A stretch of 64,000 bases of DNA from Thiobacillus sp. (GTDB lineage: Bacteria > Pseudomonadota > Gammaproteobacteria > Burkholderiales > Thiobacillaceae), in contig DATCSW010000011.1 of assembly GCA_036568265.1 (NCBI GenBank), positions 293,349 through 357,348 on the forward strand, read 5' to 3'. Below the pieces are notes generated by a model. The model had not been told where the DNA came from, made no database searches, and saw nothing but the letters and a program-made list of their open reading frames with translations. Of the stretch, positions 29,104 through 39,521 are shown piece after piece. Each line of letters opens with the position of its first letter. The first letter of the stretch is position 1. The position numbers were made by a program, and so were the translations under genes.

Positions 29104-29748
29104 TTAAGATTCTTCTACTATCATTTGTTGCATTCCGTTAGCGAATTTAGTCGCGCCACCATTAGCCGGGTGGCGCACAGCTCCCGCAACGCGAATGCCC
29201 ATATCTTGCAAGAGTCCTTCTGCCTTTCGCCCCACGGCTACAAGCTTCGTGTCAGGAAACGCCTCAATCAGAATACGTATGGCCGGGGCTCCCAGTGATA
29301 GTTCGGCAGGAGTAGGCGTTCTGTTCGACCGAATGTTGCCACTTTTATGGGGATGCATTTGTAGCGCATTCCACAAAATAGTGTGCTTGGCGATACCAAG
29401 GCGAATTAACGTCTTCCAGACTATGGTGGCGGATGGTTCTGAAAACGGCAGATTGCGTGATGTTAGCCGGTCGAAAATAGGGTTGATACGGGGTATCACA
29501 CCCTCGAGCAGCTGGCGTTCACTTGTAAAGGCAATGCCGCTATGTCGACAGCCCTGATAGCCCGCTGCTTCACCACAAATAATGAATGCCGGCTGACAGT
29601 CAAGATGTGCGGCCAGACGCTCTAATTTGATGGCAGGCCCATTGGTCTCCATATCTTCCGGGCATTGTTCCGACCATGGATTAAACAGGTCTTTCAGCCC
29701 GGTGGGTAGCGTTTCAACAAGCCGCATCGCCAACTTAAGGTTAGCCAT
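29104..29748 (-). CDS. Uracil-DNA glycosylase family protein
   Basis: GEAAGYQGCRHSGIAFTSE, EPSATIVW, NRTPT, VRHPANGG. Confidence 0.8.
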   Translation of the reverse strand: MANLKLAMRLVETLPTGLKDLFNPWSEQCPEDMETNGPAIKLERLAAHLDCQPAFIICGEAAGYQGCRHSGIAFTSERQLLEGVIPRINPIFDRLTSRNLPFSEPSATIVWKTLIRLGIAKHTILWNALQMHPHKSGNIRSNRTPTPAELSLGAPAIRILIEAFPDTKLVAVGRKAEGLLQDMGIRVAGAVRHPANGGATKFANGMQQMIVEES

Positions 29749-29782
29749 GTTTTTCTGTCCTGTTTTTATTCCGAGTAGTTAA

Positions 29783-29803
29783 ATTTTAACGTGGGTAAGC
29801 GGG
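29783..29803 (-). other. attC-like 3' end / cassette core site upstream of the UDG gene
   Basis: CCCGCTTA-CCCAC-GTTAAAAT; GTTAAAAT matches the reverse complement of ATCTTAAC at the UDG stop (7/8). Confidence 0.45.
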
Positions 29804-29879
29804 TCTGGATGCTTCTTTGCATCCATCGTCCAGCGATTACTTTCCGTGATGGATATGCGGTATTCGCGGTCGGCGTCGA

Positions 29880-32027
29880 TCACAGCTTGCCTTCGAGGCT
29901 CAGGAATACATTGCGTACGCCGCGTGATCGATCCGCCTCGATGCTGCCGCCTGTCCGATCGATGGTGTCGTTGCCCTGTTCGGCACGAGTGACGTTATCA
30001 ATGGTCAGACGCAAGCTGAGTTTGCGATCCAGTTTATGGGTGGCGTACAGATCGAGCTGCTGTCGCGCACGCTGGGTTTGTTGCACGCTGTTATTGATGT
30101 CCCGCGTGATGCGTGAGCTCAGGCTGAGGTTGCCGCCCACGGTGAGTTTCCACGGCGCGTGCTCATAATCGAAGCCGAGGTTGCCGCTATGACGGGGGCT
30201 TTCCTGCCGTGACGACAAGGCTGTGTCTTCCTGCGTGAGCCGACTGGTGGATGCATTGCCGCGCAGGGTCAGTGCGGGGAAAGCGGCGAGCTTGGTTTTA
30301 AAGTCGGCAACCAGGCTGGTTTCGTGTGCTTGCCCAACGTTGACGGGCCGCTCGACATGGCGGCCTGCCTCCAGTTTGGACGTTCGCATCACCCTGTCGT
30401 CTATCTGTCGATAAAACAGATTGAGGCCTGCGCTGCCCCGTTTTTGGGGCAGAAAGTGTTCCACGCCCAATTGCAGTGTGGTCGTGCGCTCGGGGGCGAG
30501 CGATGCGTTACCCGCGCGGTCAGGGTTCGACAAACTGTTTGTGCCCGTCGTGGTGACGATGACGGGCGATAGATCCCGCACGCCCGGCGGTTTGTCGGTG
30601 AGGGCCACACTGGAACGGATATTCCGGCTGGAATTGAATTGCCACAGGTAATGCAGCGAGGGTAGCCAGGCCAGATGGTCGTTCTCGACCGTGGTGTTGA
30701 GTGCATCGGTGACCTGGCTGAGCGTGGTTTGCAAACGCAAGCCCGGTGTGAACAGGTGGCGTTCGGCAAACTGCCATTCGTCTTGCGCCCACAGGGCGAA
30801 TAACTGCTCTTGCGTATCGGCACTGGCCTGTGCACCCAGGACGCTGGCTGCGCCGTTCACGGTTTGCCGCTTGTTGTCTTCCACCCCCTTGTGGCGTGCT
30901 TCCAGGCCCAGTGTGGCCAGATGGGTGGTGGCGAGAGGCAGACTACGCTTGGCTGTCAGGCTGAGCTCGATGCCATCGCTGGTGTTGCGTGTGCGGGTAC
31001 TGTTTTGCAAGATGCCTGAAGTATTAAACGTATCGAGCAGGTGGGTCCGCCGTTCGCTTTCGCTTTGCAAGCTGAGTTTCGCGCTGGCTTCGCCGGCGCC
31101 GGGTTGGCGTCGCTTCCATTCGGCGGAAAATCGGCCGTTGAGACGCTGGGTTTGTTCGTGTTCGCGCTCGCGCCCATCGCCTGTCAGGCCGGTTCCCGCC
31201 AGCGGGTTGGTATAAGTTTGACGTTGGGTGTCTGTCACCCTATCGCGGTCATTAAACATCAGAAAAGGGCTGATGGTGAGACGGGTGCCCGCACCGAGGT
31301 CGCGGGTAAACCGTGGCGCCAGGTGCAGATAGTTTTCCCGGCCATGCTCGCGATCAGTTTCAATATCCCAGTCATTGCGTACGCCTGCTGCGAACCGTTG
31401 GGTTGCCGTGGTGCGCTCGCCTCTGAGAGGACGGCTGTTTGCGAAGCCCATCCACAACACGCCGTTTTCACCTTCGCGCGCGCCGTATACGCCCCCGACG
31501 CGAGCGCCCCAGGCATCCTCAATGTTGATGATCCCCAGGCGAAAGGTGCCCGTTTTGGTGGTGGGCACATCACGCATGATGAGATTGATGGTGCCACCCG
31601 CGCCGGAAGGGAATTCGGCGGTGCTGTTCTTGATGATTTCGATGCGCTCGATCAGTTCGACCGGCAAGCGCATGGCCATACGGTTGCCGCCGGGCAGGGC
31701 GTCACCATCGACCACGATGCGTGGCTCCAACCGATCGGCCGTCCGATCACGTCCGCGCCGGCCACTGCTCTCGGTGGTCAGACTGACACCGGGTAGTTGG
31801 CGCAGGATTTCGCCGATGGTTGCGGCATCAAGTTTTTCCAGGTCTTCACGGCTGACAATGATCTTGGCGCTGGACGATTCCTGGCGTGCTTCCTGCGCAT
31901 CGTAGGTGGGGGCGGTCACCTGAACCGTTCCCAATGTGGTGGGCGTTTCAGCAGACGTTTGTGCAAAGCTGGGGAACGAAATCTGCAGGCAGGCCAGGGC
32001 GACAAGGCGGGATACAGTAGGTTTCAC
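29880..32027 (-). CDS. TonB-dependent outer-membrane receptor
   Basis: Signal peptide, TonB-box-like TVQVTA, plug motif IERIEIIK, barrel NASLAPE, NVTRA. Confidence 0.88.
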   Translation of the reverse strand: MKPTVSRLVALACLQISFPSFAQTSAETPTTLGTVQVTAPTYDAQEARQESSSAKIIVSREDLEKLDAATIGEILRQLPGVSLTTESSGRRGRDRTADRLEPRIVVDGDALPGGNRMAMRLPVELIERIEIIKNSTAEFPSGAGGTINLIMRDVPTTKTGTFRLGIINIEDAWGARVGGVYGAREGENGVLWMGFANSRPLRGERTTATQRFAAGVRNDWDIETDREHGRENYLHLAPRFTRDLGAGTRLTISPFLMFNDRDRVTDTQRQTYTNPLAGTGLTGDGREREHEQTQRLNGRFSAEWKRRQPGAGEASAKLSLQSESERRTHLLDTFNTSGILQNSTRTRNTSDGIELSLTAKRSLPLATTHLATLGLEARHKGVEDNKRQTVNGAASVLGAQASADTQEQLFALWAQDEWQFAERHLFTPGLRLQTTLSQVTDALNTTVENDHLAWLPSLHYLWQFNSSRNIRSSVALTDKPPGVRDLSPVIVTTTGTNSLSNPDRAGNASLAPERTTTLQLGVEHFLPQKRGSAGLNLFYRQIDDRVMRTSKLEAGRHVERPVNVGQAHETSLVADFKTKLAAFPALTLRGNASTSRLTQEDTALSSRQESPRHSGNLGFDYEHAPWKLTVGGNLSLSSRITRDINNSVQQTQRARQQLDLYATHKLDRKLSLRLTIDNVTRAEQGNDTIDRTGGSIEADRSRGVRNVFLSLEGKL

Positions 32028-32041
32028 GAAGCGAGCGCCGT

Positions 32042-32485
32042 TCAGTTTGCAGCGGGTTGAGGATCGGTGGTGGCACGAGGATCGGTCACAAACCCGATGC
32101 GGGTGAGGCCGACGCGTGCCGCGTCTGACATGATGCGAACCACATGCTTGTAAGCAAGCTCACCATCGGCGCGGATATGGATTTCAGGTTGCGGCGTCTG
32201 TTGTGCGGCCGCGCCCATGTGGGCTTGCCAGGCAGCAGCGTTTACCGCCTCGGTGTTCCAGAACACTGAGCCATCAGCTTGAATCGACAGGTTGACGGTG
32301 TCTGGTTTGGGCGGGTTGGCGCTGCTGGTCGCCTGAGGCAGTTCGACCTTGACCGCGTGCGTCAGCAGTGGCGCAGTGATGATGAAAATCACCAGGAGCA
32401 CCAGCATCACATCAATCAGCGGAATCATGTTGATTTCCGCCATGTCCTGCGCGCGTGCGCCCGAATTGAGTCCGCCGAACGCCAT
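32042..32485 (-). CDS. exbD: Biopolymer transport protein ExbD
   Basis: EINMIPLIDVMLVLLVIFII, IRADG. Confidence 0.92.
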   Translation of the reverse strand: MAFGGLNSGARAQDMAEINMIPLIDVMLVLLVIFIITAPLLTHAVKVELPQATSSANPPKPDTVNLSIQADGSVFWNTEAVNAAAWQAHMGAAAQQTPQPEIHIRADGELAYKHVVRIMSDAARVGLTRIGFVTDPRATTDPQPAAN

Positions 32486-33222
32486 TACGTGCTCCTGGCT
32501 TGCGAGCCTGCCTGGGTGCGTTGCGTTTGCCCGTGGATACCCGTCGACATGAACGCAAACAAATCATGTGCAAAGCCGTCGAGTTCGTTCAATACCAGCC
32601 GGTTCGAACGGTTGAAAAAGTTGTACGCCAACACCGCGGGAATCGCCACTGCCAGCCCCAACGCCGTCATGATCAGCGCTTCGCCGACCGGCCCGGCCAC
32701 CTGATCGAGGCTGCCCGAGCCGCTCATGCCGATATTGACCAACGCGTGGTAAATACCCCAGACCGTACCGAACAGGCCGATGAAAGGCGCGCTCGAAGCA
32801 ATGGAGGCGAGCATGGTGTGACCATGTTCGAGTCGTGCCGTGTCCTGATCGATGGCGCGGCGCAGGGCACGAGTGAGAAATTCTTCCGCTGAGCCGGACT
32901 CAATCAGGCGCTGGCCAGTCTTGTTGCGGTATTGCTCGGCGGCATGGAGGCCGCGCTGGGTGAGGTGCGAAAACGGATCGTGCACGCCAGCATTCTGGAT
33001 ATGCTCGGCGACCGATTCCAGGCCCGGGGCGTTCCAGAATTTATCCAGAAAGACTTTTGCACTCTGGCGTATGCGCCGGTTGGTGATCGACTTGCTGACG
33101 ATCAGATACCAGGTGATGACCGACATGGTCAGCATCACGACTAGCAGAAACAGCGCCAGTGCATCGGCCTGGGCCAGAAAATGGGTGAGGCCCAGTTGAA
33201 CGGGCGCGTTGGGGGTGTCCAT
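32485..33222 (-). CDS. exbB: MotA/TolQ/ExbB proton channel protein
   Basis: SAPFIGLFGTVWGI, GEALIMTALGLAVAIPA; start at MDTPN after AAGGAG. Confidence 0.92.
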   Translation of the reverse strand: MDTPNAPVQLGLTHFLAQADALALFLLVVMLTMSVITWYLIVSKSITNRRIRQSAKVFLDKFWNAPGLESVAEHIQNAGVHDPFSHLTQRGLHAAEQYRNKTGQRLIESGSAEEFLTRALRRAIDQDTARLEHGHTMLASIASSAPFIGLFGTVWGIYHALVNIGMSGSGSLDQVAGPVGEALIMTALGLAVAIPAVLAYNFFNRSNRLVLNELDGFAHDLFAFMSTGIHGQTQRTQAGSQARST

Positions 33223-33224
33223 GC

Positions 33225-33971
33225 TTAACTCCTTAAACTGAATTGTATCGGGACAATGACCCAGGCTGTGATCGGTTGCTCCCCTTGACGAGCAGGGATA
33301 AAGCGCCATTGCTTGACGGTGTCCAGCGCAGCCTGGTCCAGACGCGGAAAACCGCTGCTGCGATAGATTTCGATCTGTTGCGTGTTGCCGGCGGGATCCA
33401 CCTGCACACGCAGTCGTACTTCGCCTTCTTCACCCATGCGGCGCGAGGCGCTGGGGTAGGGCGGCTTGGGGTTGTCCAGATAATCGGCATTAAAGCGTGG
33501 TTGAGTGACGGCCAAAGGCGGCGGTGGAACAGGCTTCGCCATGTCGGTCGGGGTCGCGGCCTGGACTGGAATGGGTGTGGGTGCGGTAATCGGCGCGGGC
33601 AGTTCTGCACGAGTCGGTTCCTGGCGCACGGGTTCGGTTTTGTGAACAACGGGTTCTGGTTTGACCGCTTCCACCCGCGCCGGGGTCGGCGCAGGCGGTG
33701 CAACCAGCACAGGCAGGCTAGGTGTCGGGACCGCCGGTTGTGGCGGCGGACGGGTTTCGGTGTGCGGGGCAACTTGCCTGGCGGGTCGCATGTCAGGTTC
33801 GATCAGTTGGACAAACAGGGGCGTGGGGGCAGCAGGCGGCGGGACGCTACGGGTATAAGGCAGGGCGCCGGCCAAAACCACTATGACGAGATGCGCCAGA
33901 ATCACGGCTCCCAGCACGCCTTCTGAAAGGCGCGGGTGGGCAAGGCCTGATTCGGGGGTGATCGTGTGCAT
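33225..33971 (-). CDS. tonB: Energy transducer TonB
   Basis: N-terminal TM with H, Pro-rich linker, YP..SRRMGEEG, SSGFPRLD, WRF.PA. Confidence 0.92.
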   Translation of the reverse strand: MHTITPESGLAHPRLSEGVLGAVILAHLVIVVLAGALPYTRSVPPPAAPTPLFVQLIEPDMRPARQVAPHTETRPPPQPAVPTPSLPVLVAPPAPTPARVEAVKPEPVVHKTEPVRQEPTRAELPAPITAPTPIPVQAATPTDMAKPVPPPPLAVTQPRFNADYLDNPKPPYPSASRRMGEEGEVRLRVQVDPAGNTQQIEIYRSSGFPRLDQAALDTVKQWRFIPARQGEQPITAWVIVPIQFSLRS

Positions 33972-34077
33972 GAATGGCTGGCAAGGTGGTGCGTAGCCCG
34001 TATTTTCTCATGATCCGTTGTGACGTGGCATGATCCAAACGGGTGCTTGGCCCGGTAGGCGGGCAATCGCCAGACAT

Positions 34078-34105
34078 AAAAAAACGTCCCGAGTGGGACG
34101 TTTTT
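34078..34105. terminator. Terminator after bfr
   Basis: AAAACGTCCC-GAGT-GGGACGTTTT. Confidence 0.8.
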
Positions 34106-34122
34106 CAGGGCCAAAGGCGTAA

Positions 34123-34602
34123 TCAGCCTTCGATGGGACCCGCTGCCGTTTGCATGTAATTCTGTTCACCCATGCGCTTCAGCAAATCGATCTGTGTTTC
34201 CAGATAATCGATATGCTCTTCTGTGTCGGATTGAATACCGACCAGGATGTCGCGTGAGACGTAATCCTTGACTGATTCGCAATGTGCAATGGCCTCTACG
34301 TAGAGCGCACGGCCAATATGTTCCAGCTTGAGATCGCATGCCAGACACTCGGCAACGTTTTCGCCGATCATCAACTTGTTCAGATCCTGCAGATTGGGCA
34401 AGCCTTCAAGGAACAGGATGCGTTCGATCAACTTGTCAGCGTGCTGCATTTCTTCGATGGATTCGTCGTACTCGTGTTTACCGAGTGCAATCAGCCCCCA
34501 GTTCTTGTACATGCGTGCGTGCAGAAAATACTGATTGATGGCGGTGAGTTCGACCGTCAGTGATTTATTCAGAAACTGGATGACTTTTTTGTCGCCTTTC
34601 AT
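34123..34602 (-). CDS. bfr: Bacterioferritin
   Basis: [26 protein letters not shown] (heme Met), EEHIDYLE. Confidence 0.96.
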   Translation of the reverse strand: MKGDKKVIQFLNKSLTVELTAINQYFLHARMYKNWGLIALGKHEYDESIEEMQHADKLIERILFLEGLPNLQDLNKLMIGENVAECLACDLKLEHIGRALYVEAIAHCESVKDYVSRDILVGIQSDTEEHIDYLETQIDLLKRMGEQNYMQTAAGPIEG

Positions 34603-34781
34603 GGCTGGACTCCTGATTGTGGATTGGGGCCCGCGAGAAGCTTTTTGGCTAGGCGGAATATTGGCTATTGGCAAACGGGCTGGTTGTCATTGTATGAAAA
34701 AACCCGCGCCGAACAAGTCATGGCGCGGGTTGCAGAGTAGGGATGGGAATGAGAATGAAGCGGATTATTGATCAGGCACGC

Positions 34782-34994
34782 TCAAGCCGCTGCCATCAAG
34801 CCGTTACAGGTCGCCTCACAGCGCGCTTCTGACACCGCTTCGCGCAGTACATCCTTTGCACATTTCGCACATTTTCCACATTGCGTGGCGACGCCAAGTT
34901 GATCGCGTAATTCGCGCATCGAGGTCACCCCTTTGGTTTGCACCAGCTGGTGGATGTGTGCATCGGTGACGCCGTGACAAAGACATACATACAT
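34782..34994 (-). CDS. bfd: Bacterioferritin-associated ferredoxin
   Basis: MYVCLCHGVTD...CGKC. Confidence 0.93.
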   Translation of the reverse strand: MYVCLCHGVTDAHIHQLVQTKGVTSMRELRDQLGVATQCGKCAKCAKDVLREAVSEARCEATCNGLMAAA

Positions 34995-35028
34995 GGTGCG
35001 GCCTCATGGCTGTTGCATGGATGTACGC

Positions 35029-35058
35029 ATCATGGCGCGAATGAGAATAATTGTCAAT
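35029..35058 (-). promoter_or_regulatory. bfd promoter overlapped by a Fur box
   Basis: TTGACA-17-CATGAT; TGAGAAT-A-ATTGTCA is 2 mismatches from the 7-1-7 Fur box. Confidence 0.75.
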
Positions 35059-35159
35059 AACTATTTAAGTGGGCATTTAAGTTTAAGTGGGCGCGCTTGA
35101 CTCATGTCACCCTGTTTTAACACACGGTGCGGGCAGGATTTCCGCCCGCACCGTGCTGA

Positions 35160-36383
35160 TTAGAACTGGTAGCCGACCCCTAGATTGAAGCCATTCTGGT
35201 TCTTGCCATCGTCGTTGTCCTGCTTCTGGTAATCCGCCTTCAGCACAACGTCGGGGTGAGGCTTCCAGCTTACGCCCGTGTCCACTTGCTTCTTCTTGCT
35301 GCCGACATTGTCGCCGGCCTTGTTATCCCACAGGCTGTAACGCGCAAAGACACCCCATTGCTCGGACAGCTTGTAGGAAGGCTCGACGTACCAGCCGTTC
35401 TGCTTGTCCGCGCCGATGGCTGCCGGGCCACTGCCGTCCAGATTCCATTGGGCGTACAAGGCTTTGAGCGCGAATGGGCCCTTGTTATAGATGCCGTGCA
35501 ATTCATACAGATTGGCGCTGCCTGCCGCCGCGTCCAGGCTTTGTGTAATGTCGGATTGATGCTGGATGCTGCCGGCGATTTCCACACCCGGCAGGCCGGT
35601 CCATTTCAGGCGCGCAGTGGTGGCCAGGTTCTTGGCTCTGGATTCGCTGGTTTTCTGACGACCATTGCGCGGTTTGTAGCTGTTGGCGGCCGTGGTGGAG
35701 AGGCCTTCATGCACGGCCAGGTCGTAGCTGAAGCTGTCACCCAACTGGCCGGACAGCGCCGCACCACCCGCCCACCAGGTTGCGGGGATGATGTCTTTTT
35801 CAACCGAATTGCGCTCGACGCCATAGAACGCAGGTGGCTCGTGGGTCTCGTTGATGATGCCGACTGGCAGCAGGAACAGACCCGCCTTGCCGCGATGATT
35901 GGGCGTGAAGTCATGTTCGATGTAGGCTTGCTCAAGCTCGATTTCGCCCTTTTGCCCTTCGCCCGCAATGCTGTGCTCGACTTCCAGTTCGGAGAAGAAA
36001 CGGGTGCGTTCGTTGAAGGTGTGGCCGAAGAACAGTACGAAGCGATGAAAATCGATTTCGTCCTTGTCGGACGCGCCGCCTTTACCTTCCAGGTTGTTGT
36101 AATGGAGTTCACCGTAGCCGCCGATGCGGGTCCGTTCAGCCCACGATGCCAGTCCGCTGGTGGGTTTGCTGGCAACTTTTTCGACTTGCTCATTCGTGGC
36201 GGCCACTTGCTGCTCGGTGGTCTTGATTTGGCCCTTGAGTGACTGGTTTTCTGCTTCCAGCGCATTCATGCGGGTTTCCATGGCTTTGAGGCGTTCTTCC
36301 ACACTCATGTCGGCAGCAGCCTGTGTGGCAAAGGTCGATAGTACGGCGGCCGCAAGCGCGGCACGGATAAATGGGTGCTTCAT
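35160..36383 (-). CDS. Outer-membrane porin with N-terminal coiled coil (OprO/P-like)
   Basis: Signal peptide, coiled coil, IGGYGELHYN, ELEQAYI, terminal aromatic GVGYQF. Confidence 0.8.
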   Translation of the reverse strand: MKHPFIRAALAAAVLSTFATQAAADMSVEERLKAMETRMNALEAENQSLKGQIKTTEQQVAATNEQVEKVASKPTSGLASWAERTRIGGYGELHYNNLEGKGGASDKDEIDFHRFVLFFGHTFNERTRFFSELEVEHSIAGEGQKGEIELEQAYIEHDFTPNHRGKAGLFLLPVGIINETHEPPAFYGVERNSVEKDIIPATWWAGGAALSGQLGDSFSYDLAVHEGLSTTAANSYKPRNGRQKTSESRAKNLATTARLKWTGLPGVEIAGSIQHQSDITQSLDAAAGSANLYELHGIYNKGPFALKALYAQWNLDGSGPAAIGADKQNGWYVEPSYKLSEQWGVFARYSLWDNKAGDNVGSKKKQVDTGVSWKPHPDVVLKADYQKQDNDDGKNQNGFNLGVGYQF

Positions 36384-36455
36384 GGTGGGTCCCTTAAGTT
36401 CAGTTGAGAAAAAGGGCTGGCTGAGGGCGAACGCCCGTGGCTGGCGGGTTAAAAA

Positions 36456-36941
36456 TCAGGCGGCGTTTGATGGACGCTGCATGTTGGGTGTAGTGGGTGC
36501 GCGGCGGCGGCCGAGGCGGATATGCAGCAATCCACCCAGAGGCAGCGCGAGCCCGGCGATCCAATGTGCGAGGGGTAGCCAGGCTTCATTGGATTCGGAT
36601 AAAAAGTAATAGAGCGCGTAGCCGGTGAGCGCGAGCCAGAGCAGATACGCTTTCATCGCCAGACCGGAGCGTCGGTTCTTGTTGAGTTGCCAGGCACGGC
36701 GCGCGTGGATGGGCAGCACCGAGCCAATGGCGACCAATGAGGCGAAGGCCATCAGGCCATGCAGGCGCAACCACCAGGATTCAAGCGGATGCGCCATATC
36801 GCCAAAGTCGCCTGGTACGCGCAAAAAATAATGGAACAGCAGCCAAAGCGCGCCCGACGCCCACAGCGCGAGCATGATCGCGTACAAGCTGCGTTTCTGG
36901 CGTGACCCCATGCGAATGGGTAAGGGAGGCTGACGACTCAT
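36456..36941 (-). CDS. Four-helix inner-membrane protein with conserved histidines
   Basis: Four hydrophobic segments, LRLHG, PIHA, AHW, LHI; translationally coupled to apbE. Confidence 0.75.
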   Translation of the reverse strand: MSRQPPLPIRMGSRQKRSLYAIMLALWASGALWLLFHYFLRVPGDFGDMAHPLESWWLRLHGLMAFASLVAIGSVLPIHARRAWQLNKNRRSGLAMKAYLLWLALTGYALYYFLSESNEAWLPLAHWIAGLALPLGGLLHIRLGRRRAPTTPNMQRPSNAA

Positions 36942-37888
36942 GCAGCGGCCTCAGACAGGGCATCGTGCCAGCCAGTTGAATCGGACAGGCGCACGCGGCA
37001 ATGCGCAGGCAAGTTTGAGTCTGCGTCGATCATGACGGCGTGCGCACCAAACTGATCGAGCACGGCAATGGCCTGATCGGGGTCGGCGAATACCACCTTG
37101 CTGAGCGCGTCGGCCAGCATGCAGTGATTGGCCAGCACACTCACGCTGCGGGTGTCGGTGCAGGGCTGGCGCGTGGTCGGGTTGATCAGTGGCGTGACCA
37201 CGCGGTCTGGGTGTAGGCGCTGGCTGTAATACGGCGCAGAGGTGGCCACGGCGCCGTCGCGCAATTGGCAAAGTGGAAGCAGTTGAGTGGCCGCTCCGGG
37301 GTGGCGTACGTGGATGGTTTCCGCCACTTCGCCAAACAGCCGTAGATCGCCGCCTGCATTGACCCGACCTGCCGGTATGCCGGCATTCTGCAGCGCACGT
37401 ATGGCGCAATCAACCGCATAGCCTTTGGCAATGCCGCCCAGATCAATGTGCAAGGAGTGGCTGAATCGCACGCGATGATCGGGCAGCAGTTCGATGTGCT
37501 GCCAGTTCGCTGCAGGATCAACCGGGGCGAGATCAGCGTGGTGCGGTAGATAGCCCTCGCGCACCAGTTCTGGCGCAATGCTGATGTCGAACAGCCCGTT
37601 GCTGGCCTCGGCGATGGCACGCGCGGTATCCAGCACGAACCAGGTATGGGGGTCGACCGTGATACCTGTTGTACCGCTGCGGTTCACGCGCGACACGTCG
37701 GATTTCGGATCGTGATAACTCATCAGGGCCTGAATGCATTGCACTGCTGCAAAGGCCTGTTCAATCGCAGTATTCAGTGCGGGTGTCGATGCACCGCGCA
37801 CACTGATTTCCACCAGCGTGCCCAGCAAAGGTCGCGCGCGCGTCAGCGTGTCGCCATGTTGCGGAGAGGCGGCGGTGATCGGGTTCAC
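36938..37888 (-). CDS. apbE: FAD:protein FMN transferase
   Basis: LLGTLVEI, DLGGIAKGYAVD, VNAGGD, AVATS, ADALS; GTG start overlaps the upstream TGA. Confidence 0.9.
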   Translation of the reverse strand: MNPITAASPQHGDTLTRARPLLGTLVEISVRGASTPALNTAIEQAFAAVQCIQALMSYHDPKSDVSRVNRSGTTGITVDPHTWFVLDTARAIAEASNGLFDISIAPELVREGYLPHHADLAPVDPAANWQHIELLPDHRVRFSHSLHIDLGGIAKGYAVDCAIRALQNAGIPAGRVNAGGDLRLFGEVAETIHVRHPGAATQLLPLCQLRDGAVATSAPYYSQRLHPDRVVTPLINPTTRQPCTDTRSVSVLANHCMLADALSKVVFADPDQAIAVLDQFGAHAVMIDADSNLPAHCRVRLSDSTGWHDALSEAAA

Positions 37889-38424
37889 TTCAATGCGGTC
37901 TCGTGCAGCGCGAGGATGCGGCGCACCCCTTCGCTGATGTGTTTGCACGAGAGCGTGGCGCCGCTGATGTTCTGGATATCGTTATCCAGTTGTAGCGGCG
38001 CGCCGTGCTGCTTGCCATGGAACTGCGCACGCCAGTTGGCGTTGCGCACTTCGCGGCCATGGGTTTCACGGTATTCAAGTATCTCCACACCCATTACGGT
38101 GCCGGCCATGTCGAGGGCGACGGCATAGGTGATGAACTCGTGCTTGCCGAACACCTCGTCCTGCACCACCCAGCCAACCTGCTTGCCGTTGGCGAGGGCT
38201 TTCCAGATGGGCTGCCTGGTGTAGCGCATGCGCACGCCTGCTACTTTCTCGACAAAGGCTTTTTGTTCGCTTGTGAGAGCCAATGGGGACAAGGCAAAGC
38301 TTTCCGCTTGCGGGAAAAACTGTTTTTGTGCCTGCTCGATGTTGAGGTACTGCACGGCATAGGCCGGTGCAGCGACAAAGGCGGCAAGTGCAGGGGCGAT
38401 CAGCCACACGGGTGGATGCTGCAT
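37885..38424 (-). CDS. Periplasmic FMN-binding (flavinylated) protein
   Basis: Signal peptide; DIQNISGATLS contains the DxxSGAT flavinylation motif. Confidence 0.85.
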   Translation of the reverse strand: MQHPPVWLIAPALAAFVAAPAYAVQYLNIEQAQKQFFPQAESFALSPLALTSEQKAFVEKVAGVRMRYTRQPIWKALANGKQVGWVVQDEVFGKHEFITYAVALDMAGTVMGVEILEYRETHGREVRNANWRAQFHGKQHGAPLQLDNDIQNISGATLSCKHISEGVRRILALHETALK

Positions 38425-38434
38425 GGTCGTGTCC

Positions 38435-39379
38435 TCAAAAGTTGTAGCCGAGCTTGAAGCGCAACTCGTGCCGGGTTTTTTCGATCAGGTGCAGATTGTC
38501 AGCAGCCTGGTTGATGTATTGCTCTTTGCCACCGGCAAGCTGCTCGAACCAGGTCAGCGTGGCCCACCATTGTTTGCTGCCGTAGTGGATCGAGGGGCCC
38601 GCGAATACGCTCCAGCGCTCCTGCCCCACTTCGGTTTCGAATTCGGTTTCGTACAGTGTTTCCAGGCCGACCGACCAGTTGCGTGCAAAACGATACGAGG
38701 CACCCGCCCCCAACTTGAATTCGATTTCCATTTCGGGCTCGGTGGCCCATTCGAAGCTGCTCGATGGGTCATTGTTCAAGGCCTGGATCGCCGAGTCGGC
38801 ACGGGCCTGGGTGGCCGCACTGAGTGGTGCGCGCTTGGCGTAGGTGGCTTCGATGCCGGTGTTGGCCATCAGCGTGAGCTGGTCGTCCAGCAGCAGCTTT
38901 TGTAACTGCAGACCGAATTCGGCCTTGGTGGTGTCCTTGTCCAGGCCTGAGTGGGGGTCACGCCAAAGCTGGACCAGGGCGAAAGTGCCGGATAGTCCGA
39001 CCGGGTCTTTGGCCGCACTGAGAAAGTTGTATTTGAGCTTGCCCTCCACACCCGATGGCTTGAGCCCGTAGCGGTTCGCGCCCGGCAGATAACCGTCAAT
39101 GACCAGCCCGCTGGTGTCGATGGATTGACCCTTGAGTTCGAATGAAGCGGTCAGTCGATGGGTCAGGCCATATTCGTATTCGACACTGACATCGTTAGCC
39201 TGGTATCGACCTTGTCCTTTATCCCAGCGATGGGTCATGAACAGATAGGCTTCACTTGCACCTTGGGGCAGGGTTTCGGCACCCGACACATAGCCCAGCA
39301 GATTTTCATCCGCAGATGCGTGGAATGAGACGAGCGAAGTGAAGAGTGCCACCATGCGAAGTTTGAATTTGGAGTCCAT
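38435..39379 (-). CDS. Putative outer-membrane beta-barrel protein
   Basis: Signal peptide, ENLLGYVSGAETLP, alternating strands, terminal KLGYNF. Confidence 0.7.
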   Translation of the reverse strand: MDSKFKLRMVALFTSLVSFHASADENLLGYVSGAETLPQGASEAYLFMTHRWDKGQGRYQANDVSVEYEYGLTHRLTASFELKGQSIDTSGLVIDGYLPGANRYGLKPSGVEGKLKYNFLSAAKDPVGLSGTFALVQLWRDPHSGLDKDTTKAEFGLQLQKLLLDDQLTLMANTGIEATYAKRAPLSAATQARADSAIQALNNDPSSSFEWATEPEMEIEFKLGAGASYRFARNWSVGLETLYETEFETEVGQERWSVFAGPSIHYGSKQWWATLTWFEQLAGGKEQYINQAADNLHLIEKTRHELRFKLGYNF

Positions 39380-39521
39380 TTGGCTTTCCTGCAGGTTGAG
39401 GGATGCTTCGATCAATCTGGCTGGCGGAAAGCGGGCTGGTATTGAGTTCAATAGTTAAAAGGGCGATCGGGTGGTGGATGTAGAGACCCGTGCAAATGGG
39501 GGAGTCATATCGGCCGTGCGT

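Noticed and set aside
33972-34122. Cobalamin or other riboswitch upstream of tonB-exbBD-receptor
   Set aside because: No B12-box or other aptamer consensus is visible; only the bfr terminator.
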